Origin: an uncultured beta proteobacterium
Lineage (GTDB): Bacteria; Pseudomonadota; Gammaproteobacteria; Burkholderiales; Casimicrobiaceae
NCBI GenBank assembly: GCA_963701885.1
Contig: CAVPBR010000009.1
Coordinates: forward strand, 60,507-124,506
Reading direction: 5' to 3'
DNA length: 64,000 nt
The notes below the pieces were generated by a model that was not told the DNA's origin, did not search any database, and saw only the letters and a program-made list of their open reading frames with translations. Positions 1 through 11,815 of this stretch are shown here, piece by piece. A program made the position numbers and the translations under genes. How positions within the stretch are numbered: the first letter of the stretch is position 1; every line of letters starts with the position of its first letter.

Positions 1-492
1 CTCGGGAACCGCGGCCTTCGAAATCGCGATGACAAGGTCGGCACGCCGAACCCAGTCCTTCAGTAGCCAGTTCTTGAGCCGACGCAGTCGGGGGTTAGTC
101 CATTCGGGGTGCCTGAGCGGAATCGCGTCGTATACGGTTGCGACCACCGGCGTATGCGCGAGTCGCGGAACGACAAGATCCGTCGCGTGGAAGAGGTCGA
201 TCTTTCGCCCGACCGTGGCGGGCAGCGCAACGGGAATCCTCAGCCACGACGATACCGCGGCAAGCCAGGGCAGGGGGAGTGCAAAGCTAGCCGATGCGCA
301 TTCCGCCGGCCGGAAGCGCAGGCCGACCCGCATGGGACTGCCTATTCGCCATATCGACGCGCCGGCGGCAATCAGTGCACGCTCAATCTCCCGCGTGTAG
401 GTCCCGATGCCGTCGGGGTGCGCAAACGCGCCGCGGCTCTCGAGAACACTCGATGAGAGTCCGATAACAAGGGAGGAGTCCGCGGTCGCCAC
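1..492 (-). CDS. Glycosyltransferase family 4 (N-terminal part; runs off window start)
   Basis: Not in the ORF track. Manual translation from GTG at 492 gives ...HPDGIGTYTREIERAL...DLFHATDLVVPRLAHTPVVATVYDAIPLRHPEW...RRADLVIAISK, typical of a GT4 N-domain. Divergent from rmd. Confidence 0.85.
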   Translation of the reverse strand, partial: MATADSSLVIGLSSSVLESRGAFAHPDGIGTYTREIERALIAAGASIWRIGSPMRVGLRFRPAECASASFALPLPWLAAVSSWLRIPVALPATVGRKIDLFHATDLVVPRLAHTPVVATVYDAIPLRHPEWTNPRLRRLKNWLLKDWVRRADLVIAISKAAVPE

Positions 493-514
493 GATGCGCG
501 ATCGTAACTGATCG

Positions 515-530
515 TCAGGGTATAATTCTG
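515..530 (+). promoter_or_regulatory. Candidate sigma70 -10 element for the rmd-gmd-wzm-wzt operon
   Basis: Perfect TATAAT at 521-526 in the divergent intergenic gap; no clear -35. Confidence 0.35.
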
Positions 531-580
531 CGCCCCTGCCGGGTGGTCTCGCTCAAATCACGCACTCCGCAATACCCCCA

Positions 581-2459
<1,879 letters not shown>

Positions 2460-2487
2460 CTGACCTCAAGCTGCAGTTCGTTGTTCG

Positions 2488-3279
2488 ATGGGGCTCGTAA
2501 GCTCCCTCTGGCAGTACCGCGGATTCGTGCGCGCCAGCGTTGCGCGTGAAATGCGGCTGCGCTACGCGGGAAGCGTCCTCGGGGCACTGTGGCAGTTGAT
2601 CAGCCCGCTTGCGTTGATCGCTACCTACACGATTGTGTTCTCGGTGCTGATGCGAGCGCGGCTTGCAGGCGTCGAGGACCGGTTCGCCTACACAATCTAC
2701 GTGTGCTGCGCTTTGCTGCCGTGGACCATGTTTGCCGAGATCCTGACCCGCTCGCAAACGATGTTCCTGGACAATGCGAACCTTCTGAAGAAGGCGAATT
2801 TTCCACGCATTTGCATCCCTGCCATTGTGGCAGGCAGTGCGATAGCCAATTTTGCGATTGTCTACTCGATCTTCATCGTGCTACTCGTCATCTGTTCGCG
2901 GTGGCCGGGGCTCGTAATAGTCGCGGCGGTCGGGCCGCTGGCGCTGCTCGCTGTCCTGGGCATCGCAATCGGTGTACTGCTGGGAATCACGCATGTATTC
3001 TTCCGTGACGTGGGGCAGATTGTGGGAATCATGCTGCAGGTTTGGTTCTGGGCCGCACCTATCGCTTATCCCGCCCACAGCCTGCCTGATCCTTATGGGC
3101 ACTGGATCGCTGCCAACCCTGTGACGCCGATCGTAGTGGCACTGCAGACGATCTTTGTTGCGCATCAATGGCCGGTCTGGACAACGCTGGTGTATCCCGC
3201 GGTACTGACACTGGGCCTTGCGGCTTTGGCATTGCTCGCATTCCGGCAACAATCCTCCCAGGTCGTCGACGAATTGTGA
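2488..3279 (+). CDS. wzm: Polysaccharide ABC exporter permease
   Basis: RYAGSVLGALW, LLKKANFPR, FFRDVGQ, NPVTPIV; multiple TM helices. Confidence 0.93.
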   Translation: MGLVSSLWQYRGFVRASVAREMRLRYAGSVLGALWQLISPLALIATYTIVFSVLMRARLAGVEDRFAYTIYVCCALLPWTMFAEILTRSQTMFLDNANLLKKANFPRICIPAIVAGSAIANFAIVYSIFIVLLVICSRWPGLVIVAAVGPLALLAVLGIAIGVLLGITHVFFRDVGQIVGIMLQVWFWAAPIAYPAHSLPDPYGHWIAANPVTPIVVALQTIFVAHQWPVWTTLVYPAVLTLGLAALALLAFRQQSSQVVDEL

Positions 3280-4535
3280 GCGGCGAGATTGTCCTCTCGG
3301 GAATCGGCAAGGCGTATCGTCAATATGACGCACCCTGGCATCGACTGGCCGAATGGGTGTCGTTCGGCCGCGTCCAACGTCACCGCGTGCGCTGGGCGCT
3401 ACGCGGCATTGCGCTCCACGTGAGGAAGGGCGAGTCGGTGGGGATACTCGGCGCCAATGGCGCCGGCAAGAGCACATTGCTCAAGCTCATCACCGGAACG
3501 ACCCAGCCTACGACTGGAACGCTGCGTGTCGATGGACGCACGGCTGCGCTGCTTGAGCTGGGAATAGGCTTCCATCCGGAAATTACAGGTCGAGAAAACG
3601 CGTTGATTGCGGGGCAGGTTCTCGGCTACAGCATCGCAGAGATGGCCGACCGGATGCCCGACATCGAGAGCTTCGCGGAAATCGGGGATTATATTAATCT
3701 GCCGTTGCGGACGTATTCCAGCGGAATGCAGGCCAGACTGGCATTCAGCGTGGCTACGGCGATCCGGCCGGACATCCTGATCGTCGATGAGGCACTTTCG
3801 GTCGGTGATGCCTATTTCCAGCACAAGTCTTTCGCGCGCATCAGGGAGTTCAAGGCCCAAGGAACTACGCTCCTCTTCGTTTCACACAGCGCTCCGGTCA
3901 TCAAGTCCTTGTGCGATCGCGCGATCCTTCTTGAACAGGGGCTGATGGTGAGAGATGGTCAGCCCGATCAAGTCGTTGACTATTACCACGCGCTGGTTGC
4001 GCGACGGTCGACGCAATACGAAATTAAGGAAATCGACGGTGGAGGAACGCGCTCGGGAGATCGCCGCGCGGCAATCGAGGAAATCGCACTCATTAGCAAC
4101 GGTGCCCCTGCGTCGGTAGTCAGAAGTGGGCAGGCGGCGACGATTCGCGTCCGATTGCGTGCAATTGAAGATCTGGATGATCTGACGGTCGGGTTCCTGA
4201 TTCGAGACGCGCTGGGCAACGATGTCTACGGTACCAACACTTATCATTTGCAGCACAGGAGGTTCGATATTTCCGCGGGTGCAGTCTTTGCTTGCGAGTT
4301 CGAGATCGGCAAGCTTGCGCTGGGCGTCGGTCATTTCAACGTCAGCATCGCCTTGCACAGGGATATGACGCACGTCAGCGGAAACTACGACTGGTGGGAT
4401 CGTGCCATGACCTTCGAGGTGCTGCCCGGCAACGGCGTTCATGGAATTGGAGTTGCTGCACTCGATGTCACCTGCCTGATGCAACTACTCTCGACCGATG
4501 CGAGCTGTCGCAGTGAGCAACCGTCCGCCCGCTGA
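3276..4535 (+). CDS. wzt: Polysaccharide ABC exporter ATPase with C-terminal carbohydrate-binding (Wzt_C) domain
   Basis: GTG start overlapping wzm stop; Walker A GANGAGKST, YSSGMQARLAF, DEALSVGD; beta-rich C-terminal extension starting RSGDRRAAI. Confidence 0.93.
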   Translation: MSGEIVLSGIGKAYRQYDAPWHRLAEWVSFGRVQRHRVRWALRGIALHVRKGESVGILGANGAGKSTLLKLITGTTQPTTGTLRVDGRTAALLELGIGFHPEITGRENALIAGQVLGYSIAEMADRMPDIESFAEIGDYINLPLRTYSSGMQARLAFSVATAIRPDILIVDEALSVGDAYFQHKSFARIREFKAQGTTLLFVSHSAPVIKSLCDRAILLEQGLMVRDGQPDQVVDYYHALVARRSTQYEIKEIDGGGTRSGDRRAAIEEIALISNGAPASVVRSGQAATIRVRLRAIEDLDDLTVGFLIRDALGNDVYGTNTYHLQHRRFDISAGAVFACEFEIGKLALGVGHFNVSIALHRDMTHVSGNYDWWDRAMTFEVLPGNGVHGIGVAALDVTCLMQLLSTDASCRSEQPSAR

Positions 4536-4542
4536 CGCTGCA

Positions 4543-6027
4543 ATGACCGCTACGGAGCACTTTCTCGGGAGGCTGACCGCGGCCGATCACCTCGAGTTCG
4601 TCGCCAATTCGTATCGGATCATTCTTGGAAGGATGCCGACCGAGTCGGAGCAGGAAATGATGCTGTCGGGCCTGATGCGGGGCGACGCAAAGACCTGGTG
4701 GCTCGGTGCGCTTCGTTACGGGGAGGAAGGAAGGGCGCGTCGAGTGCCAATCGCAGGACTGAGGCTTCGATACCTCGCTCAGTGTGCGTTTCGCGCACCG
4801 GGTCTAGGCCCGCTGCTAAGTTGGGTGAACGCCGCTCTGCGGCTACCCCAGGCATTTCGCTATTTTCGAGCGGCAGAACAAGCCACGGCGGGAAGACTCT
4901 CCGAGGTGCGCGGATTCACCGAGCGAGAAATCGGGCGGCATGATCAAGCGATCGACGCGCTCACGCTTGAAGCGCAACGCATGGACGCCAGCCGGGCCAC
5001 TGTCGCGCAGGTCGAGCGACTGGCCGACCAACTTTGTGCCGCGGAGCAAGCCGCAGTGACAAGACTCTCCGAGGTGCGCGGATTCACCGAGCGAGAAATC
5101 GGGCGGCATGATCAAGCGATCGACGCGCTCACGCTTGAAGCGCAACGCATGGACGCCAGCCGGGCCACCGTGGCGCAGGTCGAGCGACTGGACCTCGAGA
5201 TTATGGAGCTTCGGCACATCGTCGAGCGTCTCGATGATCACCGCGAACCGCTGGAGAAATCCATTGACGAAATCCGAGGTGTGCTTGATCGGATCTCTCC
5301 CCCACCGCTCGCCGAAACCCTGGAGATCGCCGGAAGCCCACTGATAGACCTCGCGCGACAGCGGGCCGGCATTGTATCCACGACGCCAATCGCCTCGCTG
5401 CCCGCCGATGCACGATACGCACTGTTCGAAACGATCTTCTACGAGTCACCTGCGGTTGCCGCGAAGCAGCGTGTATATATCCCCTATATCGATCGCGACC
5501 TCACTCGCCAATTCCCATTCCTGGATCTCGGCTGCGGGCGAGGGGAGTTTTTGCGAATTCTCCGCGATGAAGGGATTGAAAGCATTGGTGTCGACATCAA
5601 TGCGACGGTTCTGGCAAAGCTTCGCGCGGAAGGATTCAACGTCGCCGAGAGCGAGATCGTCGATTTTCTCCAGGAGGATCGAAGGACATATGCTGGCGCC
5701 GCCGTGCTGCAGGTCGTCGAACACCTCTCGAACGCCGGCATCGAGAAGATGCTCACATTGATCGCGCCGCGGCTCGCTCCCGGTGCCGTTCTGATCGTCG
5801 AGACTCCCAACCCACTTTCGCCTTTTGCATTGGGGGTATTCCACACCGATCCAACCCACGTTGCCCCGCTGCCTCCCGAGCGCATGCGCTACTCAATCGA
5901 AGCCGCAGGCTTCGAGCGGACGCGCACCTTGTTCCAGGCGCGTATCCCCGCAGACCAGTTCGCGGGTCCCGATCGTCGCGCGTATTACGCCGATTACGCG
6001 ATAATCGCGCAGCGCTCGCGATCGTAA
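4543..6027 (+). CDS. SAM-dependent methyltransferase with N-terminal DUF4214-like domain and long coiled coil (putative glycan chain terminator)
   Basis: N-term EFVANSYRIILGRMP; heptad-rich middle; LDLGCGRGEFL, QVVEHL, VETPNP, DPTHVAP. Start could also be 4498 or 4513. Confidence 0.85.
   Translation: MTATEHFLGRLTAADHLEFVANSYRIILGRMPTESEQEMMLSGLMRGDAKTWWLGALRYGEEGRARRVPIAGLRLRYLAQCAFRAPGLGPLLSWVNAALRLPQAFRYFRAAEQATAGRLSEVRGFTEREIGRHDQAIDALTLEAQRMDASRATVAQVERLADQLCAAEQAAVTRLSEVRGFTEREIGRHDQAIDALTLEAQRMDASRATVAQVERLDLEIMELRHIVERLDDHREPLEKSIDEIRGVLDRISPPPLAETLEIAGSPLIDLARQRAGIVSTTPIASLPADARYALFETIFYESPAVAAKQRVYIPYIDRDLTRQFPFLDLGCGRGEFLRILRDEGIESIGVDINATVLAKLRAEGFNVAESEIVDFLQEDRRTYAGAAVLQVVEHLSNAGIEKMLTLIAPRLAPGAVLIVETPNPLSPFALGVFHTDPTHVAPLPPERMRYSIEAAGFERTRTLFQARIPADQFAGPDRRAYYADYAIIAQRSRS
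4893..5191 (+). repeat. Intragenic direct repeat, 131-bp copies, period 168 bp (56 aa)
   Basis: 4893-5023 and 5061-5191 differ at only two synonymous positions by manual comparison. Confidence 0.95.
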
Positions 6028-6053
6028 GGCAGGCCGCCGATTCCGCGATCAAC

Positions 6054-8489
6054 GTGCCGAACAACGAGCACATCGTCGTCGACGGACGAGTCTTTGCGAC
6101 AGAGGCTTCTGAGCGGGGCATGGGTCGATATGTGGACCATGTCCTTTCACTGTTAGCTGCTACGGGTCACCGCGTCACGCTGATGCTTTCGGGGCCTCTT
6201 GTCGAGCGACATGCGGCATGGACTGGAGTCGACGCGCGAACCATGACGTTAGAGGATGATCCGATTGCAGAGACGCTTCGCATCAACCGCTTCCTCCTTG
6301 CCTCCTGTGCGACTACGTACGTCGACGCGACGCCCTTCATTCTTCCGGCTCGTTACGACATATACGCTTGTCCGGTGATTGCGGTCCTGTTCGATTTGAT
6401 TCCGATGCGGTATCCACTCGACTACTTCGACTCATTCGAAGGGAAGTCCTTTGATGCATATGTCAATGGGATCGCGCGGGTCAAAAAGGCGGATCACGTC
6501 ATCGCAATATCTGAGTACGTCAAGGCTCACGCGTTGCGCTACCTGGGAATAGCGCGCAACCGGGTTTCTGTCGTGGAGCCTGGGCTAGGACCGAAATACC
6601 TCACGTCCACGCGTGAACCCGTTCCCTTCTCTACGTCGCGCGGCGGGATCTTCTGCATTCAGGGCGCTCACCGGTCGAAGAACTTTCCTGCGGCAGTGGA
6701 GTTTCTCGGCCGGCTTTCACTGGCAACGCCATGTGATGTCGATATCCTGGCCCCAACGCCGTCACAGCGCACCAGCATCGAGAGCGCGCTCGACCCCGGC
6801 GCCTCTCGCGTGAGGGTCGTGGATTCGGTGAGGGAGGAACGCAAGCTCGCCATGCAGCGGGGCGCTTGGGCAATCGCGCACTTGTCAGTCGACGAGGGGT
6901 ACGGGATACCTCTCGCTGAGGCACTGCATCTGCATTGCCCCGTCATCTGTCTCGACACTCCGGTCAATCGCGAGCTGATGCCGGGATGCGATGATCCGGC
7001 GGCTGCGGGAATCCTGTTGCTCGACAACCTGCAGCTGGACTCGCATGCAACGGTGGAAACGGTTGCCGAATTCATTCGAGGTGCGGGATCCGTTGATTTC
7101 CGGGTGCCACGGCATCGAATCATCGAGGCACTCGCGGTCCGACGGGAGCAGGCGGGGGCGCTGCTGCTGGCGGCGCTGATCACTGGTAAGGAACATTTCG
7201 ACCGCTGGCATGCTCAGGCCGGTCTCGCGATCGTTTCACCAATGGAAATGGGATCCTGCGGGGTCTCCGACTATTGCCTGGCCCTCATGCGAAGCGGCTC
7301 GCCGCGCTATGTGGCGCTGCTGGGCGTCGCTCCCAAGGATGTGCAGCTTATCGCGGGATTGCGCCTCGTTCCGTTCGAAGCGCTGAGCGAAATTCCGCGC
7401 CGCGCTTCCGGCGCGCTGTTCAATCTTGCCATCTCCACCAGCCTTTCGCGCGGCTTGGACGCGATCGCGAGAGATTCAGTTCCAATGGACGTCGCAGTGG
7501 TCCATGACGCCGGATCCTACTTGCCGGGCCTTCTGATGCAGGCGGCAGCCAGCGGAGATCAGCGATCTCTTTTCGATCGATACCTCGTCGATGAATCCGA
7601 CGACGTTCGTGCGCTCGCGCATCGCTGGTTGGGCCGAACGGATCGCAGCGCGAGCGAGTCTGCCGCGCTCTTCCTCGAGATCGACCAACTGTATCGCTCA
7701 AACTGGTTGCGGGCCTTTCGCGGCAGGCTGGTCAGCCATCACTCGGCATTCCAGGCTGTGAGTGACAGCGCCGGCGACGGTATCCTCGGACAGCTATCGC
7801 CGCAGTCACAGATCAGGATCCGCTCGCATTACGCTCCGATGCCGATCGACGCGCGGGCAAGCGCAGGCCTAGCGCGCCTGTCGCGCAAGATCCGCTGGGC
7901 ACTTGGCCTCGCTCGGACCGACTTTCTCGCTTGCTGCGCCGGGTCGATCGTGGGTGGCAAGTACCTCGATGTGGTGGCGCGCGTCATTGCAGGCTTGGAA
8001 GATGCGCTCGATGGTGTTGCGCAGGTTGGTACGCTGAACCTGTTGCTGGCGGGGAGAGTGCTCGATGATGCGTTGTTTGCCGCGATCCGTGCCGAGTTCG
8101 AGAGTCGAAATGTCGCCAGCCGCCTGATCCAGATCGTGGAGGTTAACGAGACGCGCTACGACGCACTGCTCCTCGCGAGCGACGTCGTTATCGCATTTCG
8201 CGAGCAGCGAAGGATCCAGATGAGTCATTCTTACGTACGCGCCCTTGCACTGGGCCGTCCGCTCGTCACCAACGAGCAAGCGGGCTTCGATGACGCCGAC
8301 GCTGCGATCATTTGTCGGGATTCTCAACTAGAGCGCGACCTCGACGCACATCTGCGTCGTCTCCAGGCATCCAATGCGTTACGCGTCGAGCTGGCTGCCG
8401 CGTCACAATCGCATTACCGAAGCCGGCACACAACGGATGCCTTCTTCGGTCGCATTCAAGAGTTGAACGATGTCGTTAGCGCAATCTAA
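6054..8489 (+). CDS. Two-module GT-B glycosyltransferase (WbdA-like polymerase candidate)
   Basis: Module 1: RGMGRY, FDLIPMRYP, DEGYGIPLAE. Module 2: CGVSDY...VVHDA...RALALGRPLVTN. Confidence 0.8.
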   Translation: MPNNEHIVVDGRVFATEASERGMGRYVDHVLSLLAATGHRVTLMLSGPLVERHAAWTGVDARTMTLEDDPIAETLRINRFLLASCATTYVDATPFILPARYDIYACPVIAVLFDLIPMRYPLDYFDSFEGKSFDAYVNGIARVKKADHVIAISEYVKAHALRYLGIARNRVSVVEPGLGPKYLTSTREPVPFSTSRGGIFCIQGAHRSKNFPAAVEFLGRLSLATPCDVDILAPTPSQRTSIESALDPGASRVRVVDSVREERKLAMQRGAWAIAHLSVDEGYGIPLAEALHLHCPVICLDTPVNRELMPGCDDPAAAGILLLDNLQLDSHATVETVAEFIRGAGSVDFRVPRHRIIEALAVRREQAGALLLAALITGKEHFDRWHAQAGLAIVSPMEMGSCGVSDYCLALMRSGSPRYVALLGVAPKDVQLIAGLRLVPFEALSEIPRRASGALFNLAISTSLSRGLDAIARDSVPMDVAVVHDAGSYLPGLLMQAAASGDQRSLFDRYLVDESDDVRALAHRWLGRTDRSASESAALFLEIDQLYRSNWLRAFRGRLVSHHSAFQAVSDSAGDGILGQLSPQSQIRIRSHYAPMPIDARASAGLARLSRKIRWALGLARTDFLACCAGSIVGGKYLDVVARVIAGLEDALDGVAQVGTLNLLLAGRVLDDALFAAIRAEFESRNVASRLIQIVEVNETRYDALLLASDVVIAFREQRRIQMSHSYVRALALGRPLVTNEQAGFDDADAAIICRDSQLERDLDAHLRRLQASNALRVELAAASQSHYRSRHTTDAFFGRIQELNDVVSAI

Positions 8490-9597
8490 GGTCATCGACC
8501 TGGGTGACTTCGCTTCACCCGAGCTGTTGCCTTACTTGACGGAAGTCAACGCCGAAGAGGCGGTACGCCTCGGTTGCGCTCCCGAGGCTATCGTTCCGGA
8601 TTCCAAGCAATGGGAATGCGCGATGGCGCTGCGGGCACTGGACCTGGCCGGCGCCGCGCGACCGAAGGCGATGATCGCAGGGATCGGAGCCGGAACGGAG
8701 GCGACGATATTCGCATTGGCTCGAAGAGGCGCACTGGTCTTCCCGGCTGACAGGTATCTGAGCCGAACGGAATGGTCGGATGTCGCCCCTGCCGGGATGC
8801 TGGTGAATCCCGCACAGTACTCGTCGCTCGAGGTGCCGTTGGGGCACGTCATACCTGTTCATTCGAGCGCGTTGAGGCCCAATCTTCCGTCTGATACCTT
8901 CGATGCCGTCTTCAGCTCGGGCTCGATCGAGCATTTTGGCTCGCTCGAAAATGTCGCTCTTGCCGCAGCAGAGATAGGCCGGATCCTGAAGCCAGGTGGT
9001 GTTGCGTCCATCAGCACGGAGTTCCGGATCGAGGGTCCGCATGATCGTCCATGGTTCGACGACAACGTGATCCTGTTCACGCCGAGCATGCTCATCCGTT
9101 ACATTGTGGAGCCATCCGGTCTGACGATGCGCGAAGGCCTGGACACAACGCAATCCGATCGGACGTTCGAGAGTCGGCAGAACCTGGTTGACTTCCTCAG
9201 GCGCACGCTCGCCGTTCATAATCTCGAGGAAAAGCGCGCCGTCTATCCGAATCTCGTTCTATACCACGACGGATTCCTGTTCTGCTCGGTAGCCCTGACG
9301 CTCCACAAGGACCACCCGATGCCGGAGATCGTGGAAACCGAAGCGACCAGGCGGGCCGCTGCGCGGATAGACACCGAAAACGCCTCACTCGCCGCTGCAC
9401 TCGAGCGAGGGCAGCGCACGGCCGATTTCTCAGAGGCGAGTTCGGAAAGCCACATTCTCTTTGGAGAAGTGGAACGGCTTCGCGACGAGAATGCTGCCTT
9501 GCGGGCGGCGTGCGATCGGGCGAACGCATGGAAGAAATGGCGAATTCTGCGGCCGGCCCGGTTCGTCTATAGGCGAATCAAGCGCGCTCGCGGTTGA
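8470..9597 (+). CDS. Class I SAM methyltransferase with C-terminal coiled coil and basic amphipathic tail
   Basis: KQWE, GIGAGTE, FDAVFSSGSIEHFG, RILKPGG; tail EVERLRDENAALR...WKKWRILRPARFVYRRIKR. Confidence 0.8.
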   Translation: MSLAQSKVIDLGDFASPELLPYLTEVNAEEAVRLGCAPEAIVPDSKQWECAMALRALDLAGAARPKAMIAGIGAGTEATIFALARRGALVFPADRYLSRTEWSDVAPAGMLVNPAQYSSLEVPLGHVIPVHSSALRPNLPSDTFDAVFSSGSIEHFGSLENVALAAAEIGRILKPGGVASISTEFRIEGPHDRPWFDDNVILFTPSMLIRYIVEPSGLTMREGLDTTQSDRTFESRQNLVDFLRRTLAVHNLEEKRAVYPNLVLYHDGFLFCSVALTLHKDHPMPEIVETEATRRAAARIDTENASLAAALERGQRTADFSEASSESHILFGEVERLRDENAALRAACDRANAWKKWRILRPARFVYRRIKRARG

Positions 9598-9670
9598 TGT
9601 GGTGCGGAGCGGACCCGTCGTCAGCGGGCGCTCGGCCGCAAGACGCAGCAGGGCCCGGTGGCCGCAAACG

Positions 9671-10972
9671 TTACGGATTCGCCGGACCCGTGGTCAGCAT
9701 CCAAGGTACCGTAGTCCCGTTGCCGGACGTACAGGTGATGCCGTAGGGGATCGGTGTCGTCGTGTTGACGGACGACTGATTGAAGGAAACATCAATGTAC
9801 CAGCGCGTCGTCGCGCCTAAATTGATGGTGCTCTTTTCGCCGGTATAAATGTAGAAACCCTGCAGTCCGGCGCCGCCGCTCGTATACGGCGAAGCGTCGT
9901 AGGGCGGCGGCAGCGCGGCGACGTCAAATTGCGGCGCGGTTTGCGGATCGCCGGGTCCGCGCAGCATGATCTCCAGATCGCTCGCCCGGGTACTGACCAG
10001 GTCGCACTTCACGAAATCGGGCTGGTCGACGATCAAGTAGTGGATATTCTTCTTGGTGATATCCGTGATCGCGGGGGGATTGGTCAGCGTGACCGTGCCG
10101 CAGCTGTCCTGCCCGTAGCAGACTTGGCGCGCCTGCCGGGAATCCCGTGCGTCGATCGACTTGGCGATGCGGAAATCCGCACTGCCATTGTCGCTGGTTT
10201 CCAACGTGCAGTATCCGATCATGGCCGAACTCGCGCTATTCACGAACGTCGCGCGCACATTCGAGTAGTCGGTATCGGCAAGACCTGCGGCGTTAAAGAT
10301 GTCAAGAAATCGCACTGAATGGTATGCCCCAAGCGTGGCAGGGCTTGAAGGAATCGTGCCAAGCAGGGCGCCCGTCTCACCCTGGTGCAGGAGAATCTGA
10401 TAGGTCACCGGCTCATTCAACGCGCCGACGAAGCAGTTTGATCGATAATGAGGCGCAGCAATTGATTTTTTCAGTCCCAGGGCATCCGCATTTTCGCTCG
10501 AGAAATTGCCGACAGGGAACCCCTCGACGCTAAACCCGTTGCCTTGCTCTCCATTGGGACTCACGGGTAGCTCAGATCGAGAGTAGGCGAAAAATGGATT
10601 GGTCTTGTAGGTCGACGTGGCGTCCTCGAGGACGATCACTCCGAAGTTGTCAGTCCCGGTGAATGTGCACTGGCTGGCAAGATCGAACGTCACTGCCATG
10701 TTCGCCGGAACCGTCAGCGGACTGCACGTATAAGGCGTGCCGCTTCCGGGCGGCGTGGCACTGTCGGACTGGTAGTAGTCGACATTTAGGGTGATTTCGT
10801 TGGCATTGGGATTCTGCACAAACACCGTCGTTACGTACGCCCCGGGTATATTCGCTGCGAGTGGAAGCACGATCACCGTGCCGGACCCAGCGGTCGTTTG
10901 CCCATAGGCGGCGACCCCGGTCGCTGCAGCGATGATCGACAGCACCAAGGACATCAATCGACGTGCGTGCAT
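9671..10972 (-). CDS. Secreted Cys/Thr/Ser-rich hypothetical protein
   Basis: GGAGA RBS before ATG 10972; signal peptide MHARRLMSLVLSIIAAATGVAAYG; beta-rich sequence with several Cys. Confidence 0.75.
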   Translation of the reverse strand: MHARRLMSLVLSIIAAATGVAAYGQTTAGSGTVIVLPLAANIPGAYVTTVFVQNPNANEITLNVDYYQSDSATPPGSGTPYTCSPLTVPANMAVTFDLASQCTFTGTDNFGVIVLEDATSTYKTNPFFAYSRSELPVSPNGEQGNGFSVEGFPVGNFSSENADALGLKKSIAAPHYRSNCFVGALNEPVTYQILLHQGETGALLGTIPSSPATLGAYHSVRFLDIFNAAGLADTDYSNVRATFVNSASSAMIGYCTLETSDNGSADFRIAKSIDARDSRQARQVCYGQDSCGTVTLTNPPAITDITKKNIHYLIVDQPDFVKCDLVSTRASDLEIMLRGPGDPQTAPQFDVAALPPPYDASPYTSGGAGLQGFYIYTGEKSTINLGATTRWYIDVSFNQSSVNTTTPIPYGITCTSGNGTTVPWMLTTGPANP

Positions 10973-11149
10973 AGCTGCTTTCTCCAAATGCCGGTGTTAA
11001 AGTAGAGCAACATCCGCGCCAGCGCTCTTTGGCCTGCCGCTCGCCGGTGGCGGAGACGGCGTAGAGGTACGGAACGACGGGTGGTGAAAGTAGGCTCGCC
11101 GCGCAGAATCGTCCACGGCGCGAACTTTCGCCGAGGCAGGATGCGAACG

Positions 11150-11815
11150 TCAGGTCACACTTGAACCCACCTTCTCGTAGTCGGCGAACTGGTCGAGGAC
11201 GACCTTCATCTCCTGCTCGGAAAGGATCGCCAGCGCGCCGATCTGCAATGCCCGCCAGTATATCTCCGCGAGTGTCTCGACATCGACCGCGAGTGCGAGT
11301 GCGGACTTGAGCGACCCACCGACGGCAATCATGCCATGGTGCGAGAGCAGGCATGCTCGCCGCCCATCCAGCGCGCGCAAGGCCTCGTCGGCAAGTTCCT
11401 GTGTACCAAATGTAGCGTACGAACCACAGCGTATGTCGCTGCCTCCCGCGACAGCCACCATGTAGTGGAACGCAGGGATACCGCGGTCGAGGCAGGCGAG
11501 TGTGGTTGCGAACGTTGAATGCGCATGGACGATCGCCTCCACCTCGGGACGCGACGCGTAGATCGCGCGGTGGAATCGCCATTCGGACGAGGGTACGAGC
11601 CGGCCGATCGCTCGGCCGCTTGCATGCACGGTCACGATGTCCGCGGGGCGCATTTCGTCGTAGGGCAGCGCACTCGGCGTGATCTGGAAGCCGCCGTCGA
11701 TTCGTGCGCTGACGTTGCCGGCCATCGCGCGATTGATGCCGAGCGCATTCATGCCGCGTGCGGTCGCGACGATTGCTTCGCGCAGGGCGGGCGAATCAGC
11801 GCCTGCCATCCGCAT
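11150..11815 (-). CDS. Class II aldolase (FucA-like; probable 5-methylthio/5-deoxyribulose-1-phosphate aldolase)
   Basis: GNVSAR, ITPSA, PSSEWRFH, VHAHS, LLSHHG; overlaps mtnA 3' end. Confidence 0.85.
   Translation of the reverse strand: MRMAGADSPALREAIVATARGMNALGINRAMAGNVSARIDGGFQITPSALPYDEMRPADIVTVHASGRAIGRLVPSSEWRFHRAIYASRPEVEAIVHAHSTFATTLACLDRGIPAFHYMVAVAGGSDIRCGSYATFGTQELADEALRALDGRRACLLSHHGMIAVGGSLKSALALAVDVETLAEIYWRALQIGALAILSEQEMKVVLDQFADYEKVGSSVT

Noticed and set aside
4893-5191. CRISPR array or terminal repeats
   Set aside because: Only two long in-frame copies inside a CDS; no spacer pattern and no cas genes anywhere in the window.
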